Shown here piece by piece: positions 26,690 to 34,877 of a stretch of 64,000 bases of DNA (positions within the stretch are counted from its first letter, which is position 1; each line of letters opens with the position of its first letter). The position numbers and the translations under genes were made by a program. Origin of the DNA: Candidatus Yanofskybacteria bacterium (GTDB lineage: Bacteria > Patescibacteriota > Minisyncoccia > Minisyncoccales > UBA10102); the NCBI GenBank assembly GCA_030688685.1, contig JAUYJF010000006.1, positions 120 through 64,119 of the forward strand. Reading direction: 5' to 3'. The notes below the pieces were generated by a model, which did no database searches, was not told the origin of the DNA, and saw only the letters and a list, made by a program, of their open reading frames with translations.

Positions 26690-27061
26690 TTACAGGACTT
26701 CGCTTGAAAGAGAAGCGATTTTTGTATAACCCGCCTCTCGAAGTTCCCGGGGAATGGGTCCGAAAATTCGGTTTCCCCGCGGTTCCTTTTTTCCTTTTTC
26801 AATAATAACAGCCGCGTTTTCGTCAAAATAAATGGAGGACCCGTCGGCTCTTCGGTATGGCTGGCGCTGGCGTACAATAACCGCGTGCACAATTTCGTGC
26901 TTCTTCACAAGCCGGCGGGGCTCCGCGTCTTTCACGGCGGCCACAATCACATCTCCGATCCTGGCGTATCTCCGCCTTGTTCCTCCCAGCACGCGGAAAC
27001 ACTGGATCATTTTTGCTCCAGTATTATCTGCCACCGTAAGTTGTGTTTGCGGTTGAATCAT
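26690..27061 (-). CDS. rplN: 50S ribosomal protein L14
   Basis: [17 protein letters not shown]. Confidence 0.9.
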   Translation of the reverse strand: MIQPQTQLTVADNTGAKMIQCFRVLGGTRRRYARIGDVIVAAVKDAEPRRLVKKHEIVHAVIVRQRQPYRRADGSSIYFDENAAVIIEKGKKEPRGNRIFGPIPRELREAGYTKIASLSSEVL

Positions 27062-27297
27062 GCTGTTTCTTTTGGTACTACTCTCCACCGTTTCTCGCGG
27101 GAAAGAGGGCGTGTTTCTTCAATGGTCACTTTCTCGCCTTCTTTGCGTTCATTCTTCTCATCATGCGCCTTATAGCGCTTGTGCGCCCGAAACCGTCTCC
27201 CGTATTTGGGGTGCTTTTTCCAATCCTCAACCTCCACGACAACGGTCTTGTCCATTTTGTCTGACACAATAATTCCGTGTAATTGCTTTTTTGGCAT
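27058..27297 (-). CDS. rpsQ: 30S ribosomal protein S17
   Basis: [17 protein letters not shown]. Confidence 0.9.
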   Translation of the reverse strand: MPKKQLHGIIVSDKMDKTVVVEVEDWKKHPKYGRRFRAHKRYKAHDEKNERKEGEKVTIEETRPLSREKRWRVVPKETA

Positions 27298-27301
27298 ATG
27301 G

Positions 27302-27484
27302 TTAGGTTGTTTTCTTCGTCATTTCCGTGCATATCCGCGCGATATCTTTTCTCAACAGGCGAAGAGAACGCACGTTTTTCACCTTGCCCGCGGCAAGCTG
27401 AAAGCGAAGGGAGCGCGCCTCTTCCTTCTTGGCAGCAACAAGCTGCTCTAACTCTGCTTTTGTTTTGTCTTGAAATGATTCCAT
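27302..27484 (-). CDS. rpmC: 50S ribosomal protein L29
   Basis: L29 helical hairpin sequence. Confidence 0.85.
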   Translation of the reverse strand: MESFQDKTKAELEQLVAAKKEEARSLRFQLAAGKVKNVRSLRLLRKDIARICTEMTKKTT

Positions 27485-27486
27485 AT

Positions 27487-27897
27487 CTAGAGTATCCGCT
27501 TTACAAATTTCGTCCGCACGGAAAGCTTGGACGTTGCTTGCTTCAGAGCTGTTTTCGCAACCGTTTCCGGAATCCCGTCCAGCTCAAACAGAATCCGGCC
27601 GGGCTTTATGGAAACCACATAATGATCCACGCCCCCCTTTCCTCCGCCCATGGGGGTTTCCGCTCCCTTCTTGGTGACCGGCTTGTCTGGAAACACGCGG
27701 ATCCAAAGTTTTCCCCCTTTCTTCAGGTGCCGGATAATGGTGCGGCGGGATGCTTCAATTTGGCGCGCGGTAACCCACGCGGTTCCCATGGATTTTAATC
27801 CAAAGGTTCCGAAATTCAACACGGTTCCCCGGGTTTCCAGCCCTTTCGCGCTGCCTCTCATCCATTTCCTGTGTTTTACTTTCTTTGGCGTTAACAT
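27487..27897 (-). CDS. rplP: 50S ribosomal protein L16
   Basis: L16 sequence. Confidence 0.9.
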   Translation of the reverse strand: MLTPKKVKHRKWMRGSAKGLETRGTVLNFGTFGLKSMGTAWVTARQIEASRRTIIRHLKKGGKLWIRVFPDKPVTKKGAETPMGGGKGGVDHYVVSIKPGRILFELDGIPETVAKTALKQATSKLSVRTKFVKRIL

Positions 27898-27913
27898 AAT
27901 GCTGACTGTTTAC

Positions 27914-27976
27914 TTGTGACTTTTGACTTGTGACAACTTCTGTCAACAGTCAATCGTCAAATGTCAATTGTCAAAT
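27914..27976 (-). repeat. strict 7-nt periodic array in the rpsC-rplP spacer: on the minus strand (TTGACA-like)x5 followed by inverted (TGTCA/AGTCA)x3
   Basis: On the plus strand TGAC is at 27917, 27924 and 27931, and GTCAA is at 27942, 27949, 27956, 27963 and 27970. The spacing is exactly 7 nt throughout. It overlaps the last three codons of rpsC. Confidence 0.6.
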
Positions 27977-28608
27977 ATTTCCCCTTTATATATCCAAACT
28001 TTAATTCCAATGGTCCCGTACGTGGTTGTCGCGACCACCTGCGCGTAATCAATATTGGCCCGCAGGGTCTGGCGGGGAAGCCGTCCGTCCTGCACCCATT
28101 CCCGCCTGGACATATCCGCTCCTCCCAAACGTCCCGCGATCTCAATCCGAGCGCCTTCTATTCCTTTCGTGCTCATGATCTTGGAAAGCGTCTGTTTCAA
28201 CACGCGGCGAAAAGGCATTCGCTTCTCAAGCTGTTGGGCAATAGCCTGGCCGGTTAAGGAAGCGGATTCCCAAGGATTCCTGATTTCCCGAATATCCAAC
28301 TTTATTTCTGTTTTCCTGGCAGTTCCAATAAGCTTCAGGAGAGCGCGGCGCAATTCCTCAATGCCAGACCCTCCTCTCCCGATTACCAATCCGGGCCGGC
28401 CCGTTGAAATAATAATGTTCAATTTCCCCGCCTGTCGCTCAATCTCAATACTGGCAATACCCGCTTCCTTGAGCTTTTTTGAGAGATAGGCGCGAATCCG
28501 AACATCTTCCTCCAAAAGCTTGGGGTAATCTTTCTTTGCGATCCATCGAGACGCCCATCCCTGGGTATCCTTGAGGCGAAATCCAATTGGGTGAACCTTA
28601 TGCGACAT
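27964..28608 (-). CDS. rpsC: 30S ribosomal protein S3
   Basis: KH plus the S3 C-terminal domain. Confidence 0.95.
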   Translation of the reverse strand: MSHKVHPIGFRLKDTQGWASRWIAKKDYPKLLEEDVRIRAYLSKKLKEAGIASIEIERQAGKLNIIISTGRPGLVIGRGGSGIEELRRALLKLIGTARKTEIKLDIREIRNPWESASLTGQAIAQQLEKRMPFRRVLKQTLSKIMSTKGIEGARIEIAGRLGGADMSRREWVQDGRLPRQTLRANIDYAQVVATTTYGTIGIKVWIYKGEIFDN

Positions 28609-28951
28609 GGTTTTCTTTGGTATCTGCTTGCTGTTCTGCTAATTCAATGGTTATATGCGAGGTCTTTTTCTGGATCGGAGTGGCCTGCCCTCTCGCTCGC
28701 GGCAGCCAGCGCTTCAGTTTGGAACCCTCCGCAACTTCAATGCGCGAGATAATCAAACGATCTGCCTCTTGTTGCGCGTTCGCGATCGCGGAATTGAGCA
28801 GTTTCAAAACAGGGTCTGTTCCCTTCTTTTGCGCAAATTGGAGAATCGTCCGCGCGCTGCCCGCGTTTTTCCCGCGAATAAGATCAACGACAAGCCGAAC
28901 CTTGCGGGGCGCTATGCGGAGATTGGAAAGTTTTGCTTTTGCGACTTTCAT
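28598..28951 (-). CDS. rplV: 50S ribosomal protein L22
   Basis: L22 sequence. Confidence 0.9.
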   Translation of the reverse strand: MKVAKAKLSNLRIAPRKVRLVVDLIRGKNAGSARTILQFAQKKGTDPVLKLLNSAIANAQQEADRLIISRIEVAEGSKLKRWLPRARGQATPIQKKTSHITIELAEQQADTKENHVA

Positions 28952-28953
28952 GG

Positions 28954-29241
28954 TTATTTCTTTGGTTTCTCTGCCTCTTTCTGTATTTTTCCTCCATGCC
29001 GCACAAATTTCTTCGTGGGGGAGAATTCACCTAAGCGATGCCCAACCATTTCCTCTCGCACAATGACAGAAATGAAATCTTTTCCGTTGTGCACAGCAAA
29101 TGTCATTCCAACCATTTCAGGGGAAATCGTGGAGCGCCGGGACCACGTTTTAATCGCGGTCTTCTCGCCGGGAGCAAGCTTGCTGATCTTCTCAAGAAGC
29201 CTGCTGTCTATATAGGGGCCTTTTTTCAGTGACCTGCTCAT
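28954..29241 (-). CDS. rpsS: 30S ribosomal protein S19
   Basis: [12 protein letters not shown]. Confidence 0.95.
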   Translation of the reverse strand: MSRSLKKGPYIDSRLLEKISKLAPGEKTAIKTWSRRSTISPEMVGMTFAVHNGKDFISVIVREEMVGHRLGEFSPTKKFVRHGGKIQKEAEKPKK

Positions 29242-30029
29242 GATTTCTTTTTCTTTTCCCTTCTTCTCACGATAAGCTTATTGGACCATTTTTTCTTTCC
29301 GCGGGTCTTCACTCCCAGCGCTTTCTTGCCCCAAGGAGTCTTGGGCGCCTTCAATCCCACGGGGGCCTTTCCTTCTCCTCCTCCGTGCGGATGGTCAACG
29401 GGATTCATGGCGGTCCCGCGCACATTTGGCCTTCTTCCCTTTCTGCGCGCCGCTCCCGCGTTCTTCACGCGCTCATAGCGATGTCCTGGATTAGATACCA
29501 TACCCACAGACGCAAAACAAGAGCTCAGCACCTTGCGCACCTCTTTGGAAGGAAGCTCCAAAAGCGTATACTGCCCTTCGTGAGCGAGAATGGGAGCTCC
29601 CGCTCCCGCTCCCCTGGCCATCTTTCCTCCCTCTCCGGGAGCAAGCTCAATATTATACACCATGGTTCCCACGGGAATGTACCCTAACCTCATGCGATTC
29701 CCTCCTTTGATGTCGGTCTTTTCAGCGCACAGGATTTCCTGCCCTGCTTCTATTCCCTGGGGCGCAAGAACGTACCCTGATCTGCCGTTGTCATAGGAAA
29801 CGAGCGCGATGTGGGCGTTTCGGTTGGGATCGTATTCAATCCGTTCCACTTTTCCTTTCCTATTCAAAAATTCCTGGCCAAAACTTACGTTCCTCCATAA
29901 TTTTCTGGATCCTCCTCCCCGCTGCCAGGCTGTAATATGTCCAAACATATTCCGGCCCCCTGTTTTCTTCAGGGATTTCAGCAAGCTTTTCTTGGGCTGA
30001 TTTTTGCTCAGGGTTGTTTTCATGGTCAC
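29238..30029 (-). CDS. rplB: 50S ribosomal protein L2
   Basis: L2 signatures are present. The N-terminal start is uncertain. Confidence 0.9.
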   Translation of the reverse strand: MTMKTTLSKNQPKKSLLKSLKKTGGRNMFGHITAWQRGGGSRKLWRNVSFGQEFLNRKGKVERIEYDPNRNAHIALVSYDNGRSGYVLAPQGIEAGQEILCAEKTDIKGGNRMRLGYIPVGTMVYNIELAPGEGGKMARGAGAGAPILAHEGQYTLLELPSKEVRKVLSSCFASVGMVSNPGHRYERVKNAGAARRKGRRPNVRGTAMNPVDHPHGGGEGKAPVGLKAPKTPWGKKALGVKTRGKKKWSNKLIVRRREKKKKS

Positions 30030-30421
30030 AGAGAAGCAAATTCAATATGATCTCCTTTTTTCACCTGCACGATTGCTTTTTTCGCGATCGTTTTCTTGCC
30101 GATACCGCTTCGTCTTCTCACGTTCTTGATTCTGGAAGCTGCCATGCGCACACCGGTCACCTTCACTCCAAAGACACTTTCCACGGATTCCTTTACCTGG
30201 TGCTTGGTGGAGTTGGCAAATACATCAAACACATAGGTCCCGTGTTCGGCGCTCTTCACCGCTTTTTCGGTAACATGCGGCCGGATAAGCGTGCGTTCAG
30301 CCAATACAGAGGGATTCTTTGTTTTAGAATCTCCCTTTGAAACAGCGCTGGAAGATTGCTTTTTGCTTGCAGCCTTCTCTGCCGGTTTTTCTTTTTTCGC
30401 GAGGATATTTTTCAAAGGCAT
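30026..30421 (-). CDS. rplW: 50S ribosomal protein L23 with a Lys-rich N-terminal extension
   Basis: Start placed at ATG 30421, 1 nt after the rplD stop. The ORF-track TTG start at 30454 overlaps rplD. Confidence 0.85.
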   Translation of the reverse strand: MPLKNILAKKEKPAEKAASKKQSSSAVSKGDSKTKNPSVLAERTLIRPHVTEKAVKSAEHGTYVFDVFANSTKHQVKESVESVFGVKVTGVRMAASRIKNVRRRSGIGKKTIAKKAIVQVKKGDHIEFASL

Positions 30422-30422
30422 A

Positions 30423-31058
30423 CTATTTCTTTTTTCCCGCAAAGGTTTCTTCAAGAACCTGGATGGATTCTTTGGGAAGCACCAAATAGCGCGTATTCAG
30501 CAGATCCAGCGCGTTTAAGTCCCTCGCCTGCATGGGAACAGCAAAGGCAATGTTCTGGATCGCCCGGATCAACGCCTGGTTCATGGACGGAAGCGCGATC
30601 AGGGTACGCTTGCTGTCGCAGGGAAGGGAGGTAAGCATGGAGGCAATATTTTTGGTTTTTGCTTCCACGGCGCTCAGGTCATCCACGATAAGGATCTCCT
30701 TGTCCTTCATTTTTTCAGAGAGCACGCAAAAGAGCGCTTTTCTTCTCATTTTCTTGTTAATCTTCAGCTCAACCGTGCCGGTTCTCGGTCCAAAGGTTAC
30801 TCCTCCTCCGCGCCAAATGGGAGATCTCGTGGATCCGTGGCGGGCGCGCCCCGTATGCTTTTGCGCCCAGGGTTTTCTTCCTCCCCCGGAAACCTCAGCG
30901 CGAGTCTTCGCGTGAGCTGATCCTTGGCTCCTGTTGTTTTTCTGAGACGTTACAACCTGATGAACCAACGCGGGATTCCACGCCACATTAAACAGCTGCT
31001 GGGGCAATTCCATTGTCCCGATTTCTTCTCCTTTGGTGTTGTAGAGAGAAATAGTCAT
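30423..31058 (-). CDS. rplD: 50S ribosomal protein L4
   Basis: L4 sequence. Confidence 0.9.
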   Translation of the reverse strand: MTISLYNTKGEEIGTMELPQQLFNVAWNPALVHQVVTSQKNNRSQGSAHAKTRAEVSGGGRKPWAQKHTGRARHGSTRSPIWRGGGVTFGPRTGTVELKINKKMRRKALFCVLSEKMKDKEILIVDDLSAVEAKTKNIASMLTSLPCDSKRTLIALPSMNQALIRAIQNIAFAVPMQARDLNALDLLNTRYLVLPKESIQVLEETFAGKKK

Positions 31059-31654
31059 AGGGTATGTGAGCCGCGAATTTCCAGAAGCGTACCCCGAGCT
31101 CCAGGTACCGCTCCCTTCACTGCCATCAGACTATGCTCAGCGTCAATTTTCATAACCTGCAGATTTTTCACCGTTATGCGGGACCTGCCTGCTTGTCCCG
31201 GCATTCTCCTTCCCTTGATAACCCGCTGGGGAAACCTTCCTCCGACAGATCCGATAGTTCGCTGTTCATGCTTTACTCCGTGGGTTGAGTTTCTTCCCGC
31301 GAATCCGTGGCGCTTTACTCCCCCCTGGAATCCCTTTCCTTTTGAAACGCCCGCGACCGTAACCATATCTCCCTCCTGAAACAAAGAAACATCCAAGCTT
31401 GAGCCAGCTTGGAATGATTCGCCCTCACCTACCTTGAACTCTTTCAAATGCGTAAATGGGGCTGCTTTCTTGGACTTCTTGGGCTTTGCAATTTGCTTCA
31501 ATCCCGCCTGAATCGCGGAATACCCGTCTTTCTCGCTTGTTTTAATCTGGGTAACCGTCATTGGGCGCACTTGAAGAATGGTAACGGGAACAACCCGTCC
31601 TTGTTCATCAAAGATCTGCGTCATTTCAATTTTCTTTCCCAGTATTGCTTTCAT
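31055..31654 (-). CDS. rplC: 50S ribosomal protein L3
   Basis: Start placed at MKAILGKKIEMTQIFDE. The ORF-track N-terminal extension reads through the leader. Confidence 0.9.
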   Translation of the reverse strand: MKAILGKKIEMTQIFDEQGRVVPVTILQVRPMTVTQIKTSEKDGYSAIQAGLKQIAKPKKSKKAAPFTHLKEFKVGEGESFQAGSSLDVSLFQEGDMVTVAGVSKGKGFQGGVKRHGFAGRNSTHGVKHEQRTIGSVGGRFPQRVIKGRRMPGQAGRSRITVKNLQVMKIDAEHSLMAVKGAVPGARGTLLEIRGSHTL

Positions 31655-31777
31655 GTTTCCTGTTGTCGTGAATATCCAACAAAACACCGGGTACTGCCCC
31701 CGGTATGAAAAACGGAAGTCTGTACCTGAAGGGATCACCAAATCCTGTAGCCTGAAAGGTGAAACCGCATGTGCGTA

Positions 31778-31806
31778 AGTGTAACGCATTCCGCGCATTG
31801 CGTCAA
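31778..31806 (-). promoter_or_regulatory. candidate promoter TTGACG-N17-TACACT for rplC and downstream genes, with a ~117-nt leader
   Basis: Read on the minus strand. It is needed because a terminator and inserted genes separate rplC from rpsJ. Confidence 0.35.
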
Positions 31807-31835
31807 TAGGCATAAAAACTGAGCCTTGTACGGCC

Positions 31836-31877
31836 CTTAAAAAGGCGGGGGCGCTCAAGAAATGCGCTTCCCCCGCC
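31836..31877 (-). terminator. intrinsic terminator after the zinc-ribbon gene
   Basis: GGCGGGGGCGC...GCG-CUU-CCCCCGCC is followed on the minus strand by UUUUUAA. Confidence 0.6.
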
Positions 31878-31894
31878 TTATATTGAAGAGGTTA

Positions 31895-32104
31895 TCACCC
31901 CTTTCCATATGAGGCTACCTCCAAAGTACGTAGGTTCGCCTTGAGATTCTTCTTGCAGTCCGGACACCAGGCATTGCCATCCTCCAGCCGGTGGCCTCCC
32001 ACGTCTACCGAGGTGTTCCCCTCATAGTCCGTCGTCAGTACCTCCTTGTACCTTTCTCCACATATTCTGCACTGTGTGAAGCCTTGCCACTCTGTGTTTC
32101 TCAT
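31895..32104 (-). CDS. small zinc-ribbon protein (~69 aa; CRIC...CPDC)
   Basis: The RBS AGGAGGAGTAAGGAGG precedes ATGAGATG, and the second ATG is in frame. There are two CxxC pairs. Confidence 0.5.
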   Translation of the reverse strand: MRNTEWQGFTQCRICGERYKEVLTTDYEGNTSVDVGGHRLEDGNAWCPDCKKNLKANLRTLEVASYGKG

Positions 32105-32169
32105 CTCATCCTCCTTACTCCTCCTGAACTCCCTTTCTCGCTTCGGATGCTTCTTTATACGCCGCAAAG

Positions 32170-32229
32170 AGAAAAATGCAAATATACAAATAAAGAGACG
32201 AATGAGAGGCGGGATTCTTCCCGCCTCTC
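32170..32229 (-). terminator. hairpin terminator downstream of the TauE gene, about 300 nt after its stop
   Basis: A perfect 10-bp stem GAGAGGCGGG/CCCGCCTCTC is followed on the minus strand by a T-rich tract. Confidence 0.5.
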
Positions 32230-32529
32230 TCACGCGATATGCTTGGCAATCTCTTTTGAAGGAGCGTAAAGCTCCTTACTTGGCTCCGTAGGAGAATGCC
32301 AGCAAACTCTGCCGGTTCCGTCCCGGCATACCCACAATCTCCACCTCCCCTCATAGGTAATGCCTGGATTTTTACACCGCGGGCAAAAGAGCATGAAAAT
32401 CCTTCCTTTCTGCAGAAAGGGTGCAGGAGGTTCTTGCTAGTGTATCTTCCGCAGCAGGAAAGCGTCAAGAGGAATCCTCTCGTACTTTCGGTGGATCCGG
32501 TTCCTTGTTCCGGCCAAGGATAAACTTGT

Positions 32530-33249
32530 CTAGGCGAACACGAGAAGACGAAAGCCAACAAGGAGAAGAAAAACAGCTACAAGAAGTCGGAAGTACTTCT
32601 GGGGCACCTTTTCCACAATCCCCTTTGCGAGGACAGCCCCCAGCAAAGAAGCCGGAACAAACAAGAAAAGCCCCCAGAAAAGATGGGAGGGCAGAGTCGC
32701 CCCGCCGCTTATATACGCTCCAACGCGCGTACTATCCACCGCAAAGCCAATCGCCCCGGAGGTAGCAAGATACACCGCCTTTGGTAGATCAAACAGGCTC
32801 AGGAATGCGCCCCTCACCGCTCCCCCAATTCCAAAAATACCCGCAAAGAATCCGGACAATACCCCTCCCGCAAGCGCAGTACCACTGGTTTTAGGAAGCT
32901 TGAGCCGCGGCTTTAACAAAAGAAGCCCAACATAGCCAATAAGGAAAGCACCCAGTACGCGAGAGAGCAAAATCTCTGGTACCTCAAATACAAGCTGAAC
33001 GGCAAAGAAAGTCGCCAAAACCCCTGGAGCTCCAAAGAGCATGATAAGGCGCCACCGCAATCCCTCCCGGAAAAGCGCCACTTTCCAGATATCAACTGAC
33101 CAGTGAATAATCCCCGCGAACAGCAGGGTAACAGGGAGCGGAAAGAAAAAGAGCAAAACCGGCACCATGATAGTTGAGGTGCCAAAACCGCTCACTGTTC
33201 CCACAAAGGAAGCAACCGCAACAAGCAGCGCGAGCGCGAGGGTTTCCAT
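32530..33249 (-). CDS. TauE/SafE (DUF81) family anion exporter
   Basis: Two repeated 4-TM halves with Gly-rich motifs (GFGTSTIMVP, GIFGIGGAVR). Confidence 0.8.
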   Translation of the reverse strand: METLALALLVAVASFVGTVSGFGTSTIMVPVLLFFFPLPVTLLFAGIIHWSVDIWKVALFREGLRWRLIMLFGAPGVLATFFAVQLVFEVPEILLSRVLGAFLIGYVGLLLLKPRLKLPKTSGTALAGGVLSGFFAGIFGIGGAVRGAFLSLFDLPKAVYLATSGAIGFAVDSTRVGAYISGGATLPSHLFWGLFLFVPASLLGAVLAKGIVEKVPQKYFRLLVAVFLLLVGFRLLVFA

Positions 33250-33302
33250 GAGTGCTTTATACCATCAAATACGTGAATGGGGAAAACTTAGCCGAGCTAA
33301 GG

Positions 33303-33354
33303 TGGGACTAAAAATGACCAAGTCGAGTGAGTCATTTACGGAGCGGGGCGGTTT
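33303..33354. repeat. direct repeat copy L with the near-perfect palindrome AAATGACCAAGTCGAGTGAGTCATTT
   Basis: TGGGACTAA...ATGACNNAGTCGAGTGAGTCATTTACGRRGCGGGGCGGTTT is shared with 34154-34238. It lies between the TauE start and the NYN stop. Confidence 0.6.
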
Positions 33355-33486
33355 GGGGGTTTTCCAGCCCGCGAGCAGGTCCTTTGGTTCAGGACGACTC
33401 TTGACAGCTCTTGATCCTCTTTGCTATCATTAGAGTATCACCACGAAAAAGACCCTTGCATGGATCCGTCCATACTGGGGGCTTTT

Positions 33487-33987
33487 TCATTTTAGCTCAT
33501 ACCCTACCTTATGCTTTACCTCGTTTAAATATACAATCGGAACGCCTGTTCTCTTTAATAAAACAGAACACTTGCTTGTGGGCGCGGGAGAGACGATGTC
33601 ACAATGGACCCCTTTTTCTGCCCAAAACTTTACCAATGGAGTGTAGTCGCCATCGCTTGAGACAAGCACAACAGAGGCAACGCCCTGCTCAAAGTAATCT
33701 CTTGCCGCCTGGAGCACCAAATCAGCATCACAATTTCCCTTCGCCCTTCCGTTGCCATCGTAAATAACCTCTTTAAAGACCAGCACATACCCGATGTTTT
33801 GCAGAGCGGTATAAAGATTCGCGTGTTTGGGCATCAAGCCAATGAACAAATAAGCATCCGTCGCACCGAATTTTTGACGGATCCAAGACCGGAATTTTCG
33901 ATAATCCAGCTTCCACAATGAGGACTCAACACCCTTGTGAAGGTTTGCTCCGTCTATATACGCAATATTCTTGGGGGTGGGCTGCAT
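33487..33987 (-). CDS. NYN-domain (LabA/PIN-like) putative RNase (~166 aa)
   Basis: IAYIDGANLHKG...VLVSSDGDYTPLV is the NYN signature. Start placed at ATG 33987. The ORF-track TTG start at 34086 adds an unrelated N-terminus. Confidence 0.7.
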   Translation of the reverse strand: MQPTPKNIAYIDGANLHKGVESSLWKLDYRKFRSWIRQKFGATDAYLFIGLMPKHANLYTALQNIGYVLVFKEVIYDGNGRAKGNCDADLVLQAARDYFEQGVASVVLVSSDGDYTPLVKFWAEKGVHCDIVSPAPTSKCSVLLKRTGVPIVYLNEVKHKVGYELK

Positions 33988-34153
33988 ATTTTTGGATTTT
34001 ATTGACAAACTATCTCCACCATACCCCCTTTGGAAGTGGGTTTCAATCCTTCGACTACGCTCAGGACAAACCTGAATTTGAGGCAAATTTCCACCATTTG
34101 GCGCAGGGCTGGGCTAAGCCGTACTTAGTCTAGTTCACAATATGACACTAGTC

Positions 34154-34238
34154 TGGGACTAAGCGAGGAAAACTTGTCCCGATGAAGTTTTGGGGAAATG
34201 ACTCAGTCGAGTGAGTCATTTACGAGGCGGGGCGGTTT
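34154..34238. repeat. direct repeat copy R with the perfect 26-bp palindrome AAATGACTCAGTCGAGTGAGTCATTT
   Basis: The palindrome is at 34196-34221 with 10-6-10 architecture. Copy R has a 36-nt insertion relative to copy L. It lies between the NYN gene and the divergent small gene. Confidence 0.6.
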
Positions 34239-34357
34239 AAATTAGAGGCCCGTGGATGCACAGAGGTGCTTGCGCACCGGTGCTCATTGTACTAGCATGG
34301 GGCCAGAACATTTGTGCTACTCCCGCCATTCCATCAATCGCCAAAAAAGGAGGTAGC

Positions 34358-34534
34358 ATGCCTGCACGAAAAGAGCCGCCACTGGAGTTGCTGAGCCGGG
34401 ACGAGTTGCTCGCCTATTGCCAACAACTCCGCGCAAGTTGTTCGTTTTGGCAATGGTTATTCGGTGCTACACTGTTAGCGGCGATCATCGGAGGGCCAAT
34501 CGTCAGCACCATTCTTCGGCGCGGCATTTGTTAG
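34358..34534 (+). CDS. small single-TM protein P1 (58 aa)
   Basis: A perfect AAGGAGGT is 5 nt upstream of the ATG. The C-terminal TM is LFGATLLAAIIGGPIVSTIL. It is paralogous to the convergent minus-strand small ORF. Confidence 0.5.
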   Translation: MPARKEPPLELLSRDELLAYCQQLRASCSFWQWLFGATLLAAIIGGPIVSTILRRGIC

Positions 34535-34562
34535 GACATTGCTGAATCCAAGGCAGAACCCA

Positions 34563-34596
34563 GAAGGCTACTTCACCGCAGAAGTAGCCTTTTCAA
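34563..34596 (+). terminator. hairpin terminator after P1
   Basis: GAAGGCTACTTC-accgca-GAAGTAGCCTT-TTCAAT. Confidence 0.45.
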
Positions 34597-34643
34597 TGTG
34601 GATAATTTAACTAGACTGAGTTTGATAGGATTTCCAACTCCAG

Positions 34644-34675
34644 AAAAAGACCGCCCTTTGGGGGACAGTCTTTTT
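34644..34675. terminator. bidirectional A5/T5-flanked hairpin between the convergent small genes
   Basis: AAAAAGAC-cgccctttgggggaca-GTCTTTTT. Confidence 0.5.
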
Positions 34676-34697
34676 GTCTCATTACCTCAGCTAACAG

Positions 34698-34877
34698 CTA
34701 ACCCGATAGCCGACATACGTTATACGCCACTCCGAGCACGATGATGCCCAAGATTAAAGCTACAACGGTGGCCCACCAGCCTCTTTTCTCTCGACGCAGC
34801 TCTTCGGTGAGGCGCAGGCATTCCTGTGCCAGCTGCTCTCGACTCATTGAGTTATAGTCGTTCAAGGGGCTATTCAT
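34698..34877 (-). CDS. small single-TM protein P2 (59 aa; below the ORF-track cutoff)
   Basis: My manual translation reads MNSPLNDYNSMSREQLAQECLRLTEELRREKRGWWATVVALILGIIVLGVAYNVCRLSG. A GGAGGGA RBS is about 9 nt upstream. It aligns with P1 over SR[DE][EQ]L..xC..LR...W.W plus the TM. Confidence 0.45.
   Translation of the reverse strand: MNSPLNDYNSMSREQLAQECLRLTEELRREKRGWWATVVALILGIIVLGVAYNVCRLSG

Noticed and set aside
31055-31858. Long N-terminal extension of L3 (ORF-track start at 31858)
   Set aside because: The extension reads through a promoter-like region and terminator flank and has no similarity to L3. A conserved MKAILGKK start exists at 31654.
33988-34086. TTG-initiated N-terminal extension of the NYN protein
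   Set aside because: It adds 33 aa unrelated to NYN domains. The ATG at 33987 is followed immediately by the conserved IAYIDGANL motif. A residual chance of a longer isoform is noted.
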